Shown here: positions 13,101-30,908 of the stretch, one piece after another
Layout of the letters: every line of letters begins with the position of its first letter
How positions within the stretch are numbered: the stretch's first letter is position 1
NCBI RefSeq assembly: GCF_009914755.1
Contig: NC_060928.1
Direction: 5' to 3' (one strand)
Length of the DNA: 64,000 nt
Source: the human T2T-CHM13v2.0 reference genome, Homo sapiens
The notes under the pieces: generated by a model
What the model was told of the DNA's origin: nothing
The model's database searches: none
What the model saw: only the letters and a program-made list of their open reading frames with translations
Program-made: the position numbers and the translations under genes

Positions 13101-13469
13101 GAAATTGTTTTGAAATAATTTGTTCATAAGCCTGTCTTCTCCAGTAAATTATATGCACTTCTATGGGGGATGTGTCATTTCTCATACATTTAAATCTCCC
13201 CAGTGTTCATTAGGAGAGTCTGGCACTTAATATGTGCTCATTGGATGGCTGTTGAACAGAACCTAAACAATGGCATTTGACATGACTTGATTTAGGACAT
13301 AACTTTGGAAAAAACTGCTCTGTGTTCAACAAGGACTAGCCAAAATGTAAAATTGGAGAAAATAACACTCTAGCCTTTTGATATCATCCTCAGTGCCCCC
13401 AAACAACATAGAGTTGATTCCTATTGCTGAATCACCTACAGAAACCTCACCTCTGTTATTATAACAATA

Positions 13470-13745
13470 GTGACAACATATTTGTTGAATAATTACTGTG
13501 TGCCAGGTCCTGTCTAAGTGCCTTAGATGCATTCATTCACTTTATCATCAGAGGAGCAGCAACACTATGTGTTCTTATTGTTTTCATTTTATATATGTAG
13601 AAACTTATATAGATGGAAACTTATATACCCTTCCCAAGGAGATGGATATTACTTCCTCCAAATCACAAATCTAGTATGTGACAGAGCACAGATCCAACCC
13701 AGAAAATCTAACTTCTGCATCCATGCTCTTAATCACTACACCATC
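13470..13745 (-). mobile_element. MIR
   Basis: TACTGTGTGCCAGG...CTAAGTGCCTT...CTCTTAATCACTACACC. Confidence 0.65.
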
Positions 13746-15072
13746 TTTCCTCTTTGCACCGAACAGTTCTGCAGACAGCAGATCCTTGATGGGAAGTTGT
13801 GGTGAAAGGGGCAGTAGAGCCAGGTGGGCTCGAGGAACAGAAGAAAGGCAGTGCCCGGTGTCTGCTCTGGCTCCCTGTGGGTTGGGGCCAGTCTGAGTAC
13901 TTCCCTCCCTGTGGCGTATTTCTCAGTGTTGGTGACCAGACATGGCTCTGCCCTAGCTCAATGGATTAGCCAGTGATTTCAGTTAAAACCACCGGCACTA
14001 CCAGCCAGGCTGGCTTTCCTTCCCCACACGCTCTTCTTCAATTGATGCAGACATCATTGAAAGATGGCATTATGTGAGTAATATAGAATACAAACAAGAA
14101 ACGTTACAGCATCTGATAGAATAGAAAGGCTGGCTTCAACCAGACCAGCTGGAGCTCAGTGATGATTGCTGCCACTTAATCCCTAGAGGTACAGAGTTTT
14201 GTAGAATTAAGGATCATCCTGAAACTGTTGTTGAAACAAGTCTCTCAGTAGTCCAGACTTTCTGTAGCCGCTTACTGAAAACAGGAAGATATTATGAAAA
14301 GCCATTGGAGGAAAGGGTGTCTGTGAATGACTTCCAGCAGTGAATGAATCATTAGTCAACCCTGGACATAAAACTCTGCATATGCCCTGAGTTCTTTTCA
14401 CTGATAGCCCAATTCGTGTTCTAATCTTGTATGTGGAAACCTGGGGAAACAGTGAAAGATGCTCATAAAACTTAGGCTTCTTCTTTGAATGTGCTATGAA
14501 ATAAGTGGAGTATTTAGTCTACTTTCATAGAAATAAATGGGCAAACAGAAGAAAGCAATTCCATTTCCATAATTTCCATATAGATCTCCATTTTGTAAAC
14601 AGGTTGCTTTTCTAAAGGTCTAGTCTAACTCTATGATGATTGTTATGAATTCAGAAAAAGTTTTCCCGAGAAAGAATATTGTAAGTGTGTAGATAAGATC
14701 CCAGGCTAACCCACTAAAGGTTTCATAGATACTAAACTGCTATATATCTGTAATGGAAAAAAGTATAAAATAATCCTATTGAAATATCCTGGTGAAATTT
14801 AATAAGTTATTTAAAAGAAAATACTTAAGAAAATTCAGTTTTAATTAAAATCTTGCTTAGGGAAATGAGGTTTTGGTGCAGATATTGAAGAGGGTTTCAA
14901 GGAACTGTTGAGGACTGTACAGATTTATAGCACAACTTCAACGTGTCCAGGTATCCAGAATTGTCATTGAAACATTGGTAGGTACTCAGTGAATATCTAT
15001 TAAATGCATGTTGATTGAATTTCATCTTCCCTTCAAGAAGTATGACTTTCCTTTATCTTGACATAAAAGCAT

Positions 15073-15769
15073 AAGGTTCTCTTTAGAAAACACTGATATT
15101 TTCCCCCAATATCGGAAATCTATTTGCCTCATTTCTTGGTGTTTTAGGACGTTAGACATTTTCAAAGAGATTTGATAATTCAATTTGTTTGACAAATCTA
15201 GCCTCTTCTCTATTATCCAGTTTGAAAAGCCCTGAGTGCATGGCTGTGCCCCATAGAAATCTCTAGGACAAACTGTTTTTTTTTCTCTGTTTATATTTGA
15301 TCACAGGACTGACTCTGTTGGAGATGTAATGGATATTCACACTTACTAAGCATTAGCACAACCGTATTGACAATAACCAAAGCAGGCAGAGGCCCAAGCA
15401 TAACTCAGTCTACCAGACAGATTCCTATCCTACATATTCAAGTTGCAATAAAAATGAAAGATTGGGAAATTTGAAGCTAAAATGTTTCCTCTTGCCTTTA
15501 ACCACAGAGCTGCAACACTATGCATTTTTAAGAGTGAAAAACAGCCTCCTGTTCATCACTGTAGTTAAGTATATGTTTTCCTTTCCTCCAGCATCCTAAC
15601 AGACCTGCATTTTGCTAATCCCTAATAGCAGCAGTGATACCTAGGTTCAACAGGAGCATTTTTACTATTCTCTACCTAAGTGAGAAATTTAACATTTTAT
15701 GTATAATAAAGGGACCCGATATCCAGGTTTGCCTGGGACACTTCTGATGTACGCCTGTTGTACTGGTGT
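15073..15769. repeat. Left arm of a local inverted duplication (reverse complement of 17532-18223)
   Basis: Colinear reverse-complement match over ~695 nt read directly; 15310-15462 vs 17835-17987 has one mismatch. Confidence 0.95.
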
Positions 15770-15780
15770 AATTATTAATA

Positions 15781-16068
<288 letters not shown>

Positions 16069-16391
16069 AAACTGATTATATTTATATACTTGTGTCATAG
16101 ATGAAATAAAGAAAGCGAACAAAGGAGAATGGAAATATCAGTGTGAGAAATAGGTTGTTTGAGAAATGATTAATGTTGTTAACTGTGAACAATAAAGAAA
16201 AAGCAGGAGTTACTTTGCATTTTCTTCTCCTCATCCTTCTACCCAAGGCACAAGAATGGAGATAGAAAGATTTTGGCCTTTCATTTCCCTACCCAACCAC
16301 CAAGTGGTGCTGTCAGGCAGGAACAGTTTAGTTGCTGGCCAGAGCTCTTGGCATGTGGGAAGATAGAGAAGCAGAAATAATGTGTCTGTTC

Positions 16392-16510
16392 TTTTTTTAG
16401 TTTTTTTAGAGATGGGGCCTTGCCGTGTTGCCCAGGCTGGTCTTGAACTCCTGGCCTCAAGCGATCCTTCCAAGTCATTGAAATTGCCGGTCTGAGCCAT
16501 TATGCCTGGC
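16392..16510 (-). mobile_element. FLAM-like Alu monomer
   Basis: Left arm only, with T-tail. Confidence 0.75.
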
Positions 16511-17184
16511 TCTGAAAGAAGATACTTTTGAGTATATAGCACTAGTTGCAGAGGGAATGTTTGTGTATCTGTAATGGATAAATTATATGTAGGAAATACA
16601 CTTTAAATCCTCACTAATGAATGAAAATATTAAACTGGTATGGAGTCATAGGATGGGCACTGGGTGTGGAGTCAGGGCTGGATTTCATTTCTAACGCCTC
16701 CACTTCATACTCACATATCCTTGGCTGCTTTATTTAACTTATTTAAAACCTAGTTCTCTTCTCTGTAAAATGTGGCTAAGAATGTCCTTCCTTGCCTCTT
16801 TACTCCAGTTGTGATCCAGTGAGATTATGCTCATGAAACAACCTTGCACTTTTCTAGTGTAAAACGGCATATGCATTTCCCGAAGTGTTATACTTATTTC
16901 TTAATCTAGAAAAGTGAAGGTGTGGGCCAGATGACTTCTGAGGGAGTTTCTCTTCTCAAATTCTGACAGTCAGAGTGGCCTAGGTTTTAAGTGATCATGT
17001 TCTTCCTCATCAACAGTTTGCTGATGTCGCTGACTCAAGAAAGAAGAACACAGAGGCCTATTCTAGGCTCTGCTCCTGATTTGCTGAACACTTTGTGCCT
17101 AGTTTCTACTTCAAGGGACAACGGAGGAACCCATGAAACACTAGGAACCAAGGAGCTTCTTAGTATTCAACCTGGCTGTTGAGT

Positions 17185-17503
17185 TAATGTGATCATATAA
17201 TTTGTCACCTAACCTAGAACACTGAAGAATAAAAGGAGTGCTATTAATAATTACACCAGGGGAGGCCGAGGCAGGTGGATCACCTGAGGTCAGGAGTTCA
17301 AGAGCAGCCTGGCCAACATGGCAAAACCCCATCTCTACTAAAAGTACAAAAATTAGCCAGATGAGGTGGTGGGGGCCTGTAGTCCCAGCTACTCAGGAGG
17401 CTGAGGCAGGAGAATTACTTGAACCCAGGAGGCAGAGATTGTAGTGAGCCAAGATCACACCACTGCACTCCAACCCGGGTGATAGAGCAGGACTCTGTCT
17501 CAA

Positions 17504-17534
<31 letters not shown>

Positions 17535-17594
17535 CCAGTACAACAGGCATACATCAGAAGAGTTCCAGGCAAACCTGGATATCGGGTCCCCTTA
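17185..17594. mobile_element. MER81-like hAT-Blackjack element interrupted by an Alu
   Basis: GTGATCATATAATTT...GTGCTATTAATAATTACACCAG [Alu] ACAACAGGC...CCAGGCAAACCTGGA; a related copy lies at ~23185-23265. Confidence 0.65.
17260..17531 (+). mobile_element. 5'-truncated AluSx-like with (AAT)n tail
   Basis: Begins at GGGAGGCCGAGG; flanked by AATAATTACACCAG / AATAATAACACCAG TSD. Confidence 0.92.
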
Positions 17595-18223
17595 TTATAC
17601 ATAAAATGTTAAATTTCTCACTTAGGTAGAGAATAGTAAAAATGCCCCGGTTGCACCTAGGTATCACTGTTGCTGTTAGGGATAAGCAAAATGCAGGTCT
17701 GTTAGGATGCTGGAGGAAAGAACAACATATACTTAACCACAGTGATGAACAGGAGGCTGTCTTTCACTCTTAAAAATGCATAGTGTTGCAGCTCTGTGGT
17801 TAAAGGCAAGAGGAAAATAGCTTCAAATTTCCTGATCTTTCATTTTTATTGCAACTTGAATATGTAGGATAGGAATCTGTCTGGTAGACTGAGTTATGCT
17901 TGGGCCTCTGCCTGCTTTGGTTATTGTCAATATGGTTGTGCTAATGCTTAGTAAGTGTGAATATCCATTACATCTCCAACAGAGTCAATCCTATGATCAA
18001 ATATAAACAGAGAAACAAAAACGGCTTGTCCTAGAGATTTCCATGGGGCACAGCCACGCACTCAGGGCTTTTCAAACCAGGTAATAGAGAAGGGGTCAGA
18101 TTTGTCAAACAAATTGTATTATCAAATCTCTTTGAAAATGTCTAATGTCCTAAAACACCAAGAAATGAGGCAAATAGAATTCTGATATGGGAAAATGTCT
18201 CAATATTTTCTAAAGAGAACCTT
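17532..18223. repeat. Right arm of a local inverted duplication (reverse complement of 15073-15769)
   Basis: As for the left arm. Confidence 0.95.
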
Positions 18224-18514
18224 TAAACCAGAAGAGAAATGTGTACTACTAAGCTTGGAAGCAAATAACAAAAGGATCAACTTTCTAAATAGTTTGCAGA
18301 GAGGAAAAATGGCTCAAATAAGTTTAAATGGCAGCTAATAAATATTCCTTTTATGTTTTGGAGTACGTTATTAATTTTTGATTGCCCATTTAACTTCTTT
18401 TGTTTAGGAGAACATTAATTAGATTAATTAGGTCAATACGCTGAAGGATAGAGAGATGTATTTGTTGCACGGAAGAGGAAGGGTGCTCAAAAGCTTAAAT
18501 GATGATAGAAATCA

Positions 18515-18898
<384 letters not shown>

Positions 18899-20084
18899 TT
18901 AGAACATTAAAATGTTCTTTCTAAAAATGTTCTCATTCCTAATGCCTGACTCTGAAAAGAGCTGTTCATTTGTAATTCTGGGGATGTGACATCATGATTG
19001 GTTTTTTTGAAAATATATGCTGGGTTCTACGGTATTTTTGCCTGAGCTCAAATTACATAGTAAGATACATCAGAGACCTGTGTGGTGTTGCACATGCACC
19101 ATGGGTAGATTTTCAGGCTGCCCAATCACATGCCTTTCCTTAGGCCATTAGACTGTCTACTGCAAGCAGACAGAACTTCCTCAGGTTAGTTGTGTATTTT
19201 GAAAAGTCCAGAAAAGAGTCTTTGACAGAATGGAATTATCTCTTTGCATAAATATATATTAATAGATTATTATTTTTATGGTCCAACTACCATTCTTATT
19301 TTATGACTATAATTAGGTCATGGATAAAATGACCCACAGCTGGTACCTTGCAGAGCTCCAAATTATGCCAAAGTCCAACCACCCATGCTGCTTGTTGCCA
19401 TGCTACTCAGTGATATGGACCTGATTTTTTTCCCCAGTTGAGTGGTTTTTATGAGCAGGTGTTCAGCTAATAGGACAAACAGAGGGTGTGCAGCTTTAGC
19501 CAGCTCATTAACATCACGAAATAATTGAAAAGGACAGATACACCAGAATGTCCAGCTCAGGGGACAGCTTTGAACCTACAATAGATCACTTTTCTGAGCA
19601 TCAGCCGTGATACTGCAGAAAGAGATTGAGTGAAGCTTCAGAAGACCCGGAGTCTCCTTCCAGCTCTATCACATAGTCTCCAGGTAACTTTGGACAACTG
19701 TCTTAATTGCTTTAGACGTCCATTTCATCATCTACTATTGAAGCTATTAACCTGCCCCACCTGTCACACAATGTTGTAGGATTCCATGAGATGGATTATG
19801 TTTATGAATGGCACTATAAATTATCAACACTACATAAATACAAGGTACCATTATTAAGGTTCTAATCTAGCTTTCCCAGTGACTCAGGATATAATTGGGC
19901 AACAAAATGACATCAGGTTTTGCAATCATTAAAATGGCAAAACATTTTAGAAACTTCACTCAACCTCATGACTAATAAGATTTCTTAGAACATTTCATTT
20001 GCTTTTTCTGGGTAATCAGTAACCAATATCGAGAAATAAAATGCTTCTAGAATTTATAAAGCCAAGTTTAAGAAAATGACATTT

Positions 20085-20441
<357 letters not shown>

Positions 20442-20449
20442 CTAAAAAA

Positions 20450-20622
20450 TTATTATTATTATTACTTGAGATGGAGTCTCACCTGTCTATTTTTGTATTT
20501 TTAGTAGAGACAAGTTTTTGCCATGTTGGCCAGGCTGGTCTCGAACTCCTGAGCTCGGGTTGTCTGCCTGCCTCAGCCTCCCAAAGTGCTGGGATTACAG
20601 GTGTGAGCCACCGCACCCAGCC
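20450..20622 (-). mobile_element. Alu with most of the right arm deleted
   Basis: Tail plus GAGATGGAGTCTCA joins directly to the linker and left arm; TSD TGA(T/C)TGGCTAAAAAA at 20435 and 20623. Confidence 0.85.
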
Positions 20623-21539
20623 TGACTGGCTAAAAAAAATTTTTTTAATAAAAAAAAGAAAAGAAAATTATATTGAGAAGGGGAGATCACTGAAGATTGT
20701 GCTCTTTTAGTTCTAGAAAATTATTTGTCACTCAATCTCTTATTAAAGTACAAGGGAACATGGAGAAGCTTGTAAATGTTTGAAATACTAACTGGTTACA
20801 TTATGCCTCCATTTATCATGGACAGTTCAATATTCCATGCTGTGTGAATAAAACATAAAACCTCTAGCCCACTCCTTTCCCTTTCTGTTTCCCATGAACC
20901 AGATCTAAAGGGTGGTAGAACAAACATATGAGAATATTCATTACAGCATCATTTCAGAGAATTGGAGGCAAGAAAGATGTCCATTACTGCAGGAGTCAAT
21001 AAGTAAAAGATACATATAATTAACAGACTATTGATAATAATGCATTAGAAATATCATCAACAACATAGATACATCTTAAAATTATAGTGTTCAGTGAAAA
21101 GAAAGAGAGAAAAGAGGGAGAGTGGGAGAGCAGGAGAAATGGAATGAGATATAAAACCTAAGAGGGGGTCTTGTGTATGCCATGAATTAAGGACTATGTT
21201 AACTCATCATACGCCTAAAGACAAACAAAAAAAAGGGCTTTAAAAAATAAAAGATTGGTGGACTGCCCCATCTTTCAGAGCTTGTCTGTGTAATTAATTC
21301 TTTCCACTATATTTTTTGTATAATGAGGGGAGTACTTCATGGCTTACTTAATGTCCTTTATACTGCAGCCCCACCAATCCTTGGTCTTGGATTTTTTCCT
21401 CAAAAGCCAAGATGAAGAGCTGGTTATTGACCTCCACGACATCCTTCCATGCTTTTCAACACCATCATTCAGTGGCTTTATAGCCTTCTCTTGTCCAAGC
21501 TAAATAACATCAGGCCTTTCTGTGTTCCTTATAGATCTG

Positions 21540-21832
<293 letters not shown>

Positions 21833-22467
21833 CTAATTTTACTATTGTTTAGTCAACTATTGTTTAACTCTTGAGTTAGTTCCAAGGACTCTCCTCCCTT
21901 TTCAGCTGTGGAACCCTGAGCCAGGTACAGTGTATTAATGAAAGTAGGGGTGGCCTCCTGCTTTCTTCCCTCCTGCTTCATAAATCCCAGTTCCAGCCAT
22001 CTCCAAAGATGCTAGTCTATGTCCCAGGAAGAGGGTAAGGCATATACAATAAAGTGATAGATACTTCCAACATTAGTTATTAAATTAAATATTAGCCACT
22101 GAATTAAAGTTTTTTGTAAAACAGATTTCACTCCTGGCACCAGCAAACTGAAAATCTGGAAAGGGTTGATGGAGATATCAGGGCTAAGGAAGATTGTTTA
22201 TGTACATTTCCTTAGGGAGAAGCCACAAGGAAGAAGTGAAAATACATCAACAACGACTAGACTATCTAAGCAGATCTGTCATGACCTTAAGAATCCTAGG
22301 AAATTTTCCTCATGATCCTAGATGGAATGACTAGACCTAACAGCCAAAATGACTGCCACTGGTTTCCTGCCCAGTATACACTAAGAGATTAGAACTGATC
22401 AATGTCTGCCTCAGGTTTTTGTTTCATTTCTTTCTGAACATACAAGGACAGAGTAGATCATTTGTGA

Positions 22468-22845
<378 letters not shown>

Positions 22846-23825
22846 AACTTCTCTACATTTAAAAGAGCTTCTATTGCTACCCAAGCATGGCCAAATAAGA
22901 GGCTGAAGCACCTGACCTTGTGATGAACAATTCCTTGAATGCCCGACATTTATACTGAACTTCTTTTTGGTTTAGCCAACATAAATATACCAGTTCTCAG
23001 CCTTGGCGGGAGGGATACAATGCTTCCCACAGGAACCCTGAGTCACGGGGAGAGTAAATGACTTGGCACAGAGGTCAGAATGAGGACTGGGGCTGACTGG
23101 GTTCAAGAGCCAGCTCAGATACAAGCTCATCCTAAGATTCCAAGCAAGTCACTTTATGCTGTTGCATAAAGTAGATTGTACTCATAGGTAACCATATAGT
23201 TCATTGCTCAGGCCAGGTATTTTTTAGAGTAAAAGGAGGTGCTATTAATAATTCCACTGGGACAATGAATCTTTCAGGCTCACAGCTGCTTCAAAATTCC
23301 ATTACAGCTGAGAAAATAGGACCCAGGTTCCTGCTCACCAGACCTGTCCTCTGCTCCCCTGGCAGGAGATAGCTCAGCCTGGAGTTCTGGGGAAGATTGT
23401 TCAGCATATTGTAAAAGATAGATGTAGGCACTTTCCCAGCAAATAAAAAGGACAGCCTAACCTGCATCTGCTGTATTGCACTGTGTGTTCAAAATCAACA
23501 GCACTGGAAGGCCAAAAACACATTAGGGCCCTTGCCCAGGAAGACAGCAGATACATGCACCTCCTGCACCAGGAGACATGAGCCTTCCATTTGCAGCATC
23601 AGGCTTGCTGCCCCTCTATCAAACCTGTTCCCCTGTTCCCCAAGTGAGTGGGCAGGATGGGTATGGTCCAGAACAGAGCAGGGGCTGCTTCAGGATCCCC
23701 AGGTGATGGTTTTTAAAAGGGCAGGTTACTGCTTTATAAACCACTCCAAGCCATAGGTCATCCTTCTACCAACAATGTCATCTTTCTATAGCACTGTCCA
23801 CTGTCCCTATTCACTTGATGTTTTA

Positions 23826-24132
<307 letters not shown>

Positions 24133-26147
24133 AAAAGTCTAAGGAAGCCATCAACAACATCCAGAAATTAAGCTGAGTTAGGTCATAACACAGCCTTAAA
24201 AAATGTCCAAGTGACCTCTTGAACTAAGTCATTGTGTAATGAGAGAATTTGGAAATGAAGGTGAAGGAGAAATATTCAAAGAAAAGTCATCCAAGGAAGG
24301 AAGAAATTCTATCGGTCATACAAACCTGTTTTATCAGTCTTGCAAACTTGTCATTTGTTTTTCTTTTCTTTTTTTTTTTATTTTGGAGAAACTCTGAATA
24401 ACAGGAAAAAGCACAGGAAAAAGCATTTGGCTTCCAAGTAGGGGCATTAAACTGGTGTTGACTGCTGCCCTGATGCCAACGACCTAATCCGTTCCCCAGA
24501 GCTAGAGTGCCAGGGCTCCCAGGGACTCAAGATGGAGCTCGCCTTCACCCTCTCCTCCCCACTGCTGCTGTCACAATGTGTCCTCTGGCTGCAGGGCTGC
24601 TCTGGGCTCCGACTGCCTGCAGACTGCCTCCCCAGAAGGGATGTTAATTACACACCCAGCCACGCCCCTCTTCAGAGACAGGACTGGCCACAGGCAGCTG
24701 CCACTTGTTTTCAAGAACTGCCACAATCTGGTTTTCAAACTGGGCAAAAGTGCCCGAATGGGCCCATGGCCACATGCACTGGGAGGGGGTGGGGGGGCTG
24801 CCCCAGCTGCACAACTGGGTCCCCAAAGAATGAGGCTCCTGGCCACTAATACTAGGCAAGCTACTCTGCTGGTGCCAGCCTTCTGCTCCTGAGAAAGAAG
24901 CAGGTAATATTCTAAAATCCTTATGAGCAGAATTTCTTGACATTTTGTCTCCATTATAGTAACCTTAAGGTGGCTCTCCATTTTTCAGAAAGACACAGGA
25001 AATGCAGCTACTTCTGATGAGTTCAACTGCATTGACAAAAAATGGACTAATTTAGAAAAAACAATCTAACAGGGCCCACAACCTATAGATGGTTGCCTAC
25101 TGGATATGGTTTGAAAAATTATACTGAAAACCCACAATCTTGGTATATTTTTGCCCAGCAAGTTGCTTGGAATTCTGACCAATAAGGAGCACATATTTTG
25201 CATAAAACTTTGATTTGCCTGATTGCCCCACTTAAAAATTCAAATGGTAACTATATATAACATTTCAAGGAACTCCTAGATATGTTATCTTGCTGGAACC
25301 TACTTACTATACCAGGGAGTGACATAATTCATTAAACAATTATTGTCTATTAACATCCTAATTTTAATTAGTTTTCCAGAGATGGAGAAAACAAGCCCTG
25401 AGAGAATAAGACCTGGAAAGTGGCACATTTGGATTGAAGGGGAGGTAAAAACCAATTGGAAACATGGCCAGGGTGGAGCCGGTGAGGCTCTGTGGTCCCA
25501 CAGACACCTCTGAACTGACACCTGCACCCATACAGGTGCTGAGGGAGAGCTAAGGAGCCACAGACAGGAAGGACAGAAGTCACAAAGACAAACTTCACCC
25601 ACTCATGCTTTTGCCTGGGCCTGACCTGGAAGTCCTAATTAAAAGACCCTGGACTGCCAGATAGACTCATCCCAGTGCTGGGAATGCACACATGCTATTT
25701 CTTGAAAGAACAACTTGGCTGTCCCCCAGAACAGAGTGCCCAGTGTGTACACTGGGATTCCTTTCAATAATTAGAATCCTCTACTTATGCCAGATATTAA
25801 TCGGGAAAAAAAGGAAGCTTTAGTTTTGAAACATCCCTTCTCACTCATTAGCACAATCCTTTAATAATGCACCTTGGAGGCCCTGAGTAATTCTTCTAGT
25901 TTGCTGCCCCGCAGCATGTCTGGGTTCCAAGGATTCGCTTGGAAGGTGCTGGATACCCTATCCTCGCTGGAGCTGGGAGTGTCCAGAAGCAGCCTCTTTC
26001 TTTACCTTTGAGCTTCTGTTGCTGTGTTCCCTGAGCCTCCCAAGCCTCATCCTACTCTCGGACTTGGTGGTCAGGTGGCATGGGGCCATCCCCATCCTCT
26101 CTTTGGCCCTTACTGTCCTTATCTGTCAAGTGAATGGTTTTGATTTC

Positions 26148-26625
<478 letters not shown>

Positions 26626-26798
26626 TAGATTATCTCCAGGGACCCTCCCAGTTCTATAAAAGTCTATGATCCTTACTGTCTGGTCTCTGTGCTTTACTGA
26701 ATTTATTTTTTTCTCCATAAATACTCATCTTTTATGTTCAGCATGTTACATAGGCTGATTTTTAGAAATGCTTTTACTTATTTAAAAATTATATTGTT

Positions 26799-27084
<286 letters not shown>

Positions 27085-27171
27085 AATGTGGTTAAAGTAT
27101 TGTTTGTTGGGAGTAATCAGCTATAATACTGAATGTTTAAAGTACACAATTTGATAAATCTTCCCATATAA

Positions 27172-27652
<481 letters not shown>

Positions 27653-29077
27653 TAATCACTCAACACATCCTATTTTGTGCATGGACATAACATCTAATTA
27701 TCTCCCTGGACTTTAGATTTCAAGCTCTTTGAGAACAAGATCCATTTTTTCTTTTCTCTTCCTCTTGGCCTTCAACTTATCTTTTCTCAGATATAGCCCT
27801 TAATCATTATTTGCTTGATTGACATAAGACCTTCATGAACTTAAAACCAAGCTTCAGTTTGGTGGCTAAGAAGTGCCTGCCACGTTGAAGGTTTTTAACT
27901 CGCCACCACTTCTGGAGAGGTTCCTCAGTCGGCAGCTTCAGCCCAGTTAAAAAAAAATAATAATAAGCATATGAGCTTCATTTAGGTCCGTGGACTTCTA
28001 GGAGTCCAGAAAGTGAGAGTCAAGGTGTGGGTTGGGGTGTGGGGTGGAAGGGGAGGCTCAGGAAGCGAGGAATGAATACCTGAGAAAGGTCCTTGGCTTT
28101 CACCAGATTCTTGATACAAAGGGATAGACTATGGAATTAATGCCCTGCTCTATTCCTATCTGCTTTTCATGAATCTGTTGTTTAATTATAAATCCTTTAC
28201 TATCTGCTCCTCCCTTCTCCTCCCTTCCCACCTCCCCAGCACCTTCGTTTTGTTCTCTGCCTGCCCTGGTTATACTTAACCTTACTTAACTAAACACACT
28301 ACAGGGCCCTGTCCAGTAGCAGTGCCACTTCATGGGAACTGTTTGCATTCCTTTTCTCTTTAAGAGCTTCTTATCTGAACTATGTGATAGATTGTACCTT
28401 TTTATTCAATGATTCTTATTCCACTTTACTTAACAGTTTACCCTGAATACTTGGATGCCACTCACATATCACAAACCTATACTTTCTCTAAACCCCAGAG
28501 CCTGGGATTCCTTTTCATCTCAAAAAAAAAAAAACACTGTTTTTGTTGTTATAAATAAGTATTATGAGAACCAGAAGTAACAATAAACTGCAAATTCAAA
28601 ATCAAGCCACTTCTCCATCCAGAGACACCTCCCTCACTTCCCCTTGTCAAACACAAAACATATTTTAAAACGATATTATGTCTGATTTTAGATAAAAGTC
28701 TGGGATGTAGAATAACAATAATCTGCTTCTAAATGAGAAAATCATAGGCATCTGACAAATGCTGGTTTCAAAGTTATCTTTCCAAAATAGAAGCGAGTAA
28801 GAAAAACATCTCACCTGCTTGGCCAAAAGACCAACACCAACTCCCCTTCCTCCAAATTCCCCTCGACCCCATGCAGTTTTGTTTGTAAGGGACTGATGTC
28901 TTACACCCAGCAGCATTTCCTAGCTTCTGCTTGGGGGTAAGCTTGTCATTCCTATTCTCCCTTTCACCTCTACCGTTTTCCAACAGATGAGCAAATACGG
29001 TAACGATAGCATTTTGGTCTAGTTCCTGCACAAACTCATTCCTCTGCATAAAAGGCAGACCTTTGAAAGGTACTTAC

Positions 29078-29200
29078 GTGGAAGAGGCAAAGGCAAGCGC
29101 AAGCCCTGGGTTTGGAAGCTGTGTTTGCTGATGCCAGCCTGCTTAAATAGCTGGGCTGGCTGACGCAGGCTGCTGATAGCACGTTTATTTACGCCTATGA
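29078..29200 (-). promoter_or_regulatory. HOPX: Distal HOPX promoter and non-coding first exon (exon ~29120-29078)
   Basis: Consensus donor CAC|GTAAGT at 29078/29077; TATA-like TATTTAA at 29149-29143, ~30 nt upstream of 29120; TGACGCA at 29161; local CpG retention. The ~25 kb distance from the coding exon fits the known two-promoter HOPX layout. Confidence 0.7.
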
Positions 29201-30634
29201 GCACACACTCGAGCAAGGACCTGAAAAACCTGCAGCGTGGGCAGGAGGTAAACCACTGAAAGTATGCCGAGGTTACGTCTCTCCTGGTTATTCAGGTTTG
29301 ATGTTCAGGCTGGGACTTCTGAGAGTCTCATGGAACTTTCTCGTCACTATCTTCTCGTCCCTGACCTCTCTCCTAGCCAAGCAAGCTTCTTCACCAAGAT
29401 AGGATAAGAGAGATGTGGCTGAGAGAAGACGGGGAAGAGAAAAGGGACCCTGAGTCTTTTCATCCACTTCCTTACTTTGAGCGAGTTTCCAGTTAGATGT
29501 TGCCTCATTTCAAAGCGTAGATCTGGTGCGGTTGATTTCACAGCTCTGAGAGCTGGATGCCAAGCTAAGAGCCTGGACAATTGCCCAATTAATGAAAGGT
29601 TGTTTTCTTTTGGGCACAGAATGTACACATAAAGAACAGTTAAAAGGGAGAGATTCGGGCTAGGATGATACAGTTTTAGGTCTCCCTCAAAAACTATTCT
29701 CATTTATTTCCCCTGCATCTGTACTTTCCTCTTACCATCCCCTCCCCTTCGTTAATGAAATTCCTGTCTAAGAGGTGAAAGATTCCCCATGGGCTTGCGA
29801 ATAAAAAGCCAGTGTGTGAGCAAGTCTGTGGGAAGATGCATGCAGAGTGTGACAGAGAGTTTAGGGGCTCGTGTGACAATCCGTGGAAATGTTTCTAAAG
29901 GCGAGGGTATGTGTGTGGGTGTGAGGACCCGGCTGTTGGATGTTTACGTATTTTATTAGCTAGATACGGGAGCTAATACTCAATTGCAGTGCACTAAACA
30001 TTATTAGGTGGGTATGATTTTGAGGGAATGAGGGAAGGGAGACAAGGTCTGGTGAGATCATCTGTGGGATTATCTGTGTGTATTTGCTGGTTTGTAGCAC
30101 AAACCGGTAAGTGCCATCCAGAGAGCCACACCCTATATTATTCACTTCAGCAGAGAAAGAGAAAGCCCACTTGAGTCTCTTGGGAACAGTAGCCATATGT
30201 GAAAGAAGAGCAGCGCTCATTCAGAATACCTCTTTCCCTCTTGGAAAAGGGGGTGGCGGTTATAAAACGTGTGGGAAAGAGTAGAGACAGGGGGCCCAGG
30301 TTAACCCAACCTTGGTTACCAGAGGAATTCTTTTGTTTCCTGCCTAATTCAATGCCTAACTTCTGACCATTCTATGGCCAAATCTGGATTCTTGCTGCCA
30401 CGATTTTTTGAATGGGCAGGGTCTATGTCTTGTTTATCATTTGATACCCACAGCATTATTATTATTATTGTTGTTGCACAAATTATTACTATGACAGCAC
30501 AAATTATTATGATGATGACAATGGTGATGATCCATAATCTAGTAAGACTGACTGTGTGTCAGGCTCCATGTAAGGACTGTACAGAGAGTTTGTCTGCTTA
30601 TTTAATATGTAATACAATAACCCTATGAGGTTGT

Positions 30635-30908
<274 letters not shown>

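Noticed and set aside
24532-24981. Cluster of ~100-136 aa ORFs in unique intronic DNA
   Set aside because: No recognisable protein family or convincing exon boundaries; probably chance in moderately GC-rich sequence.
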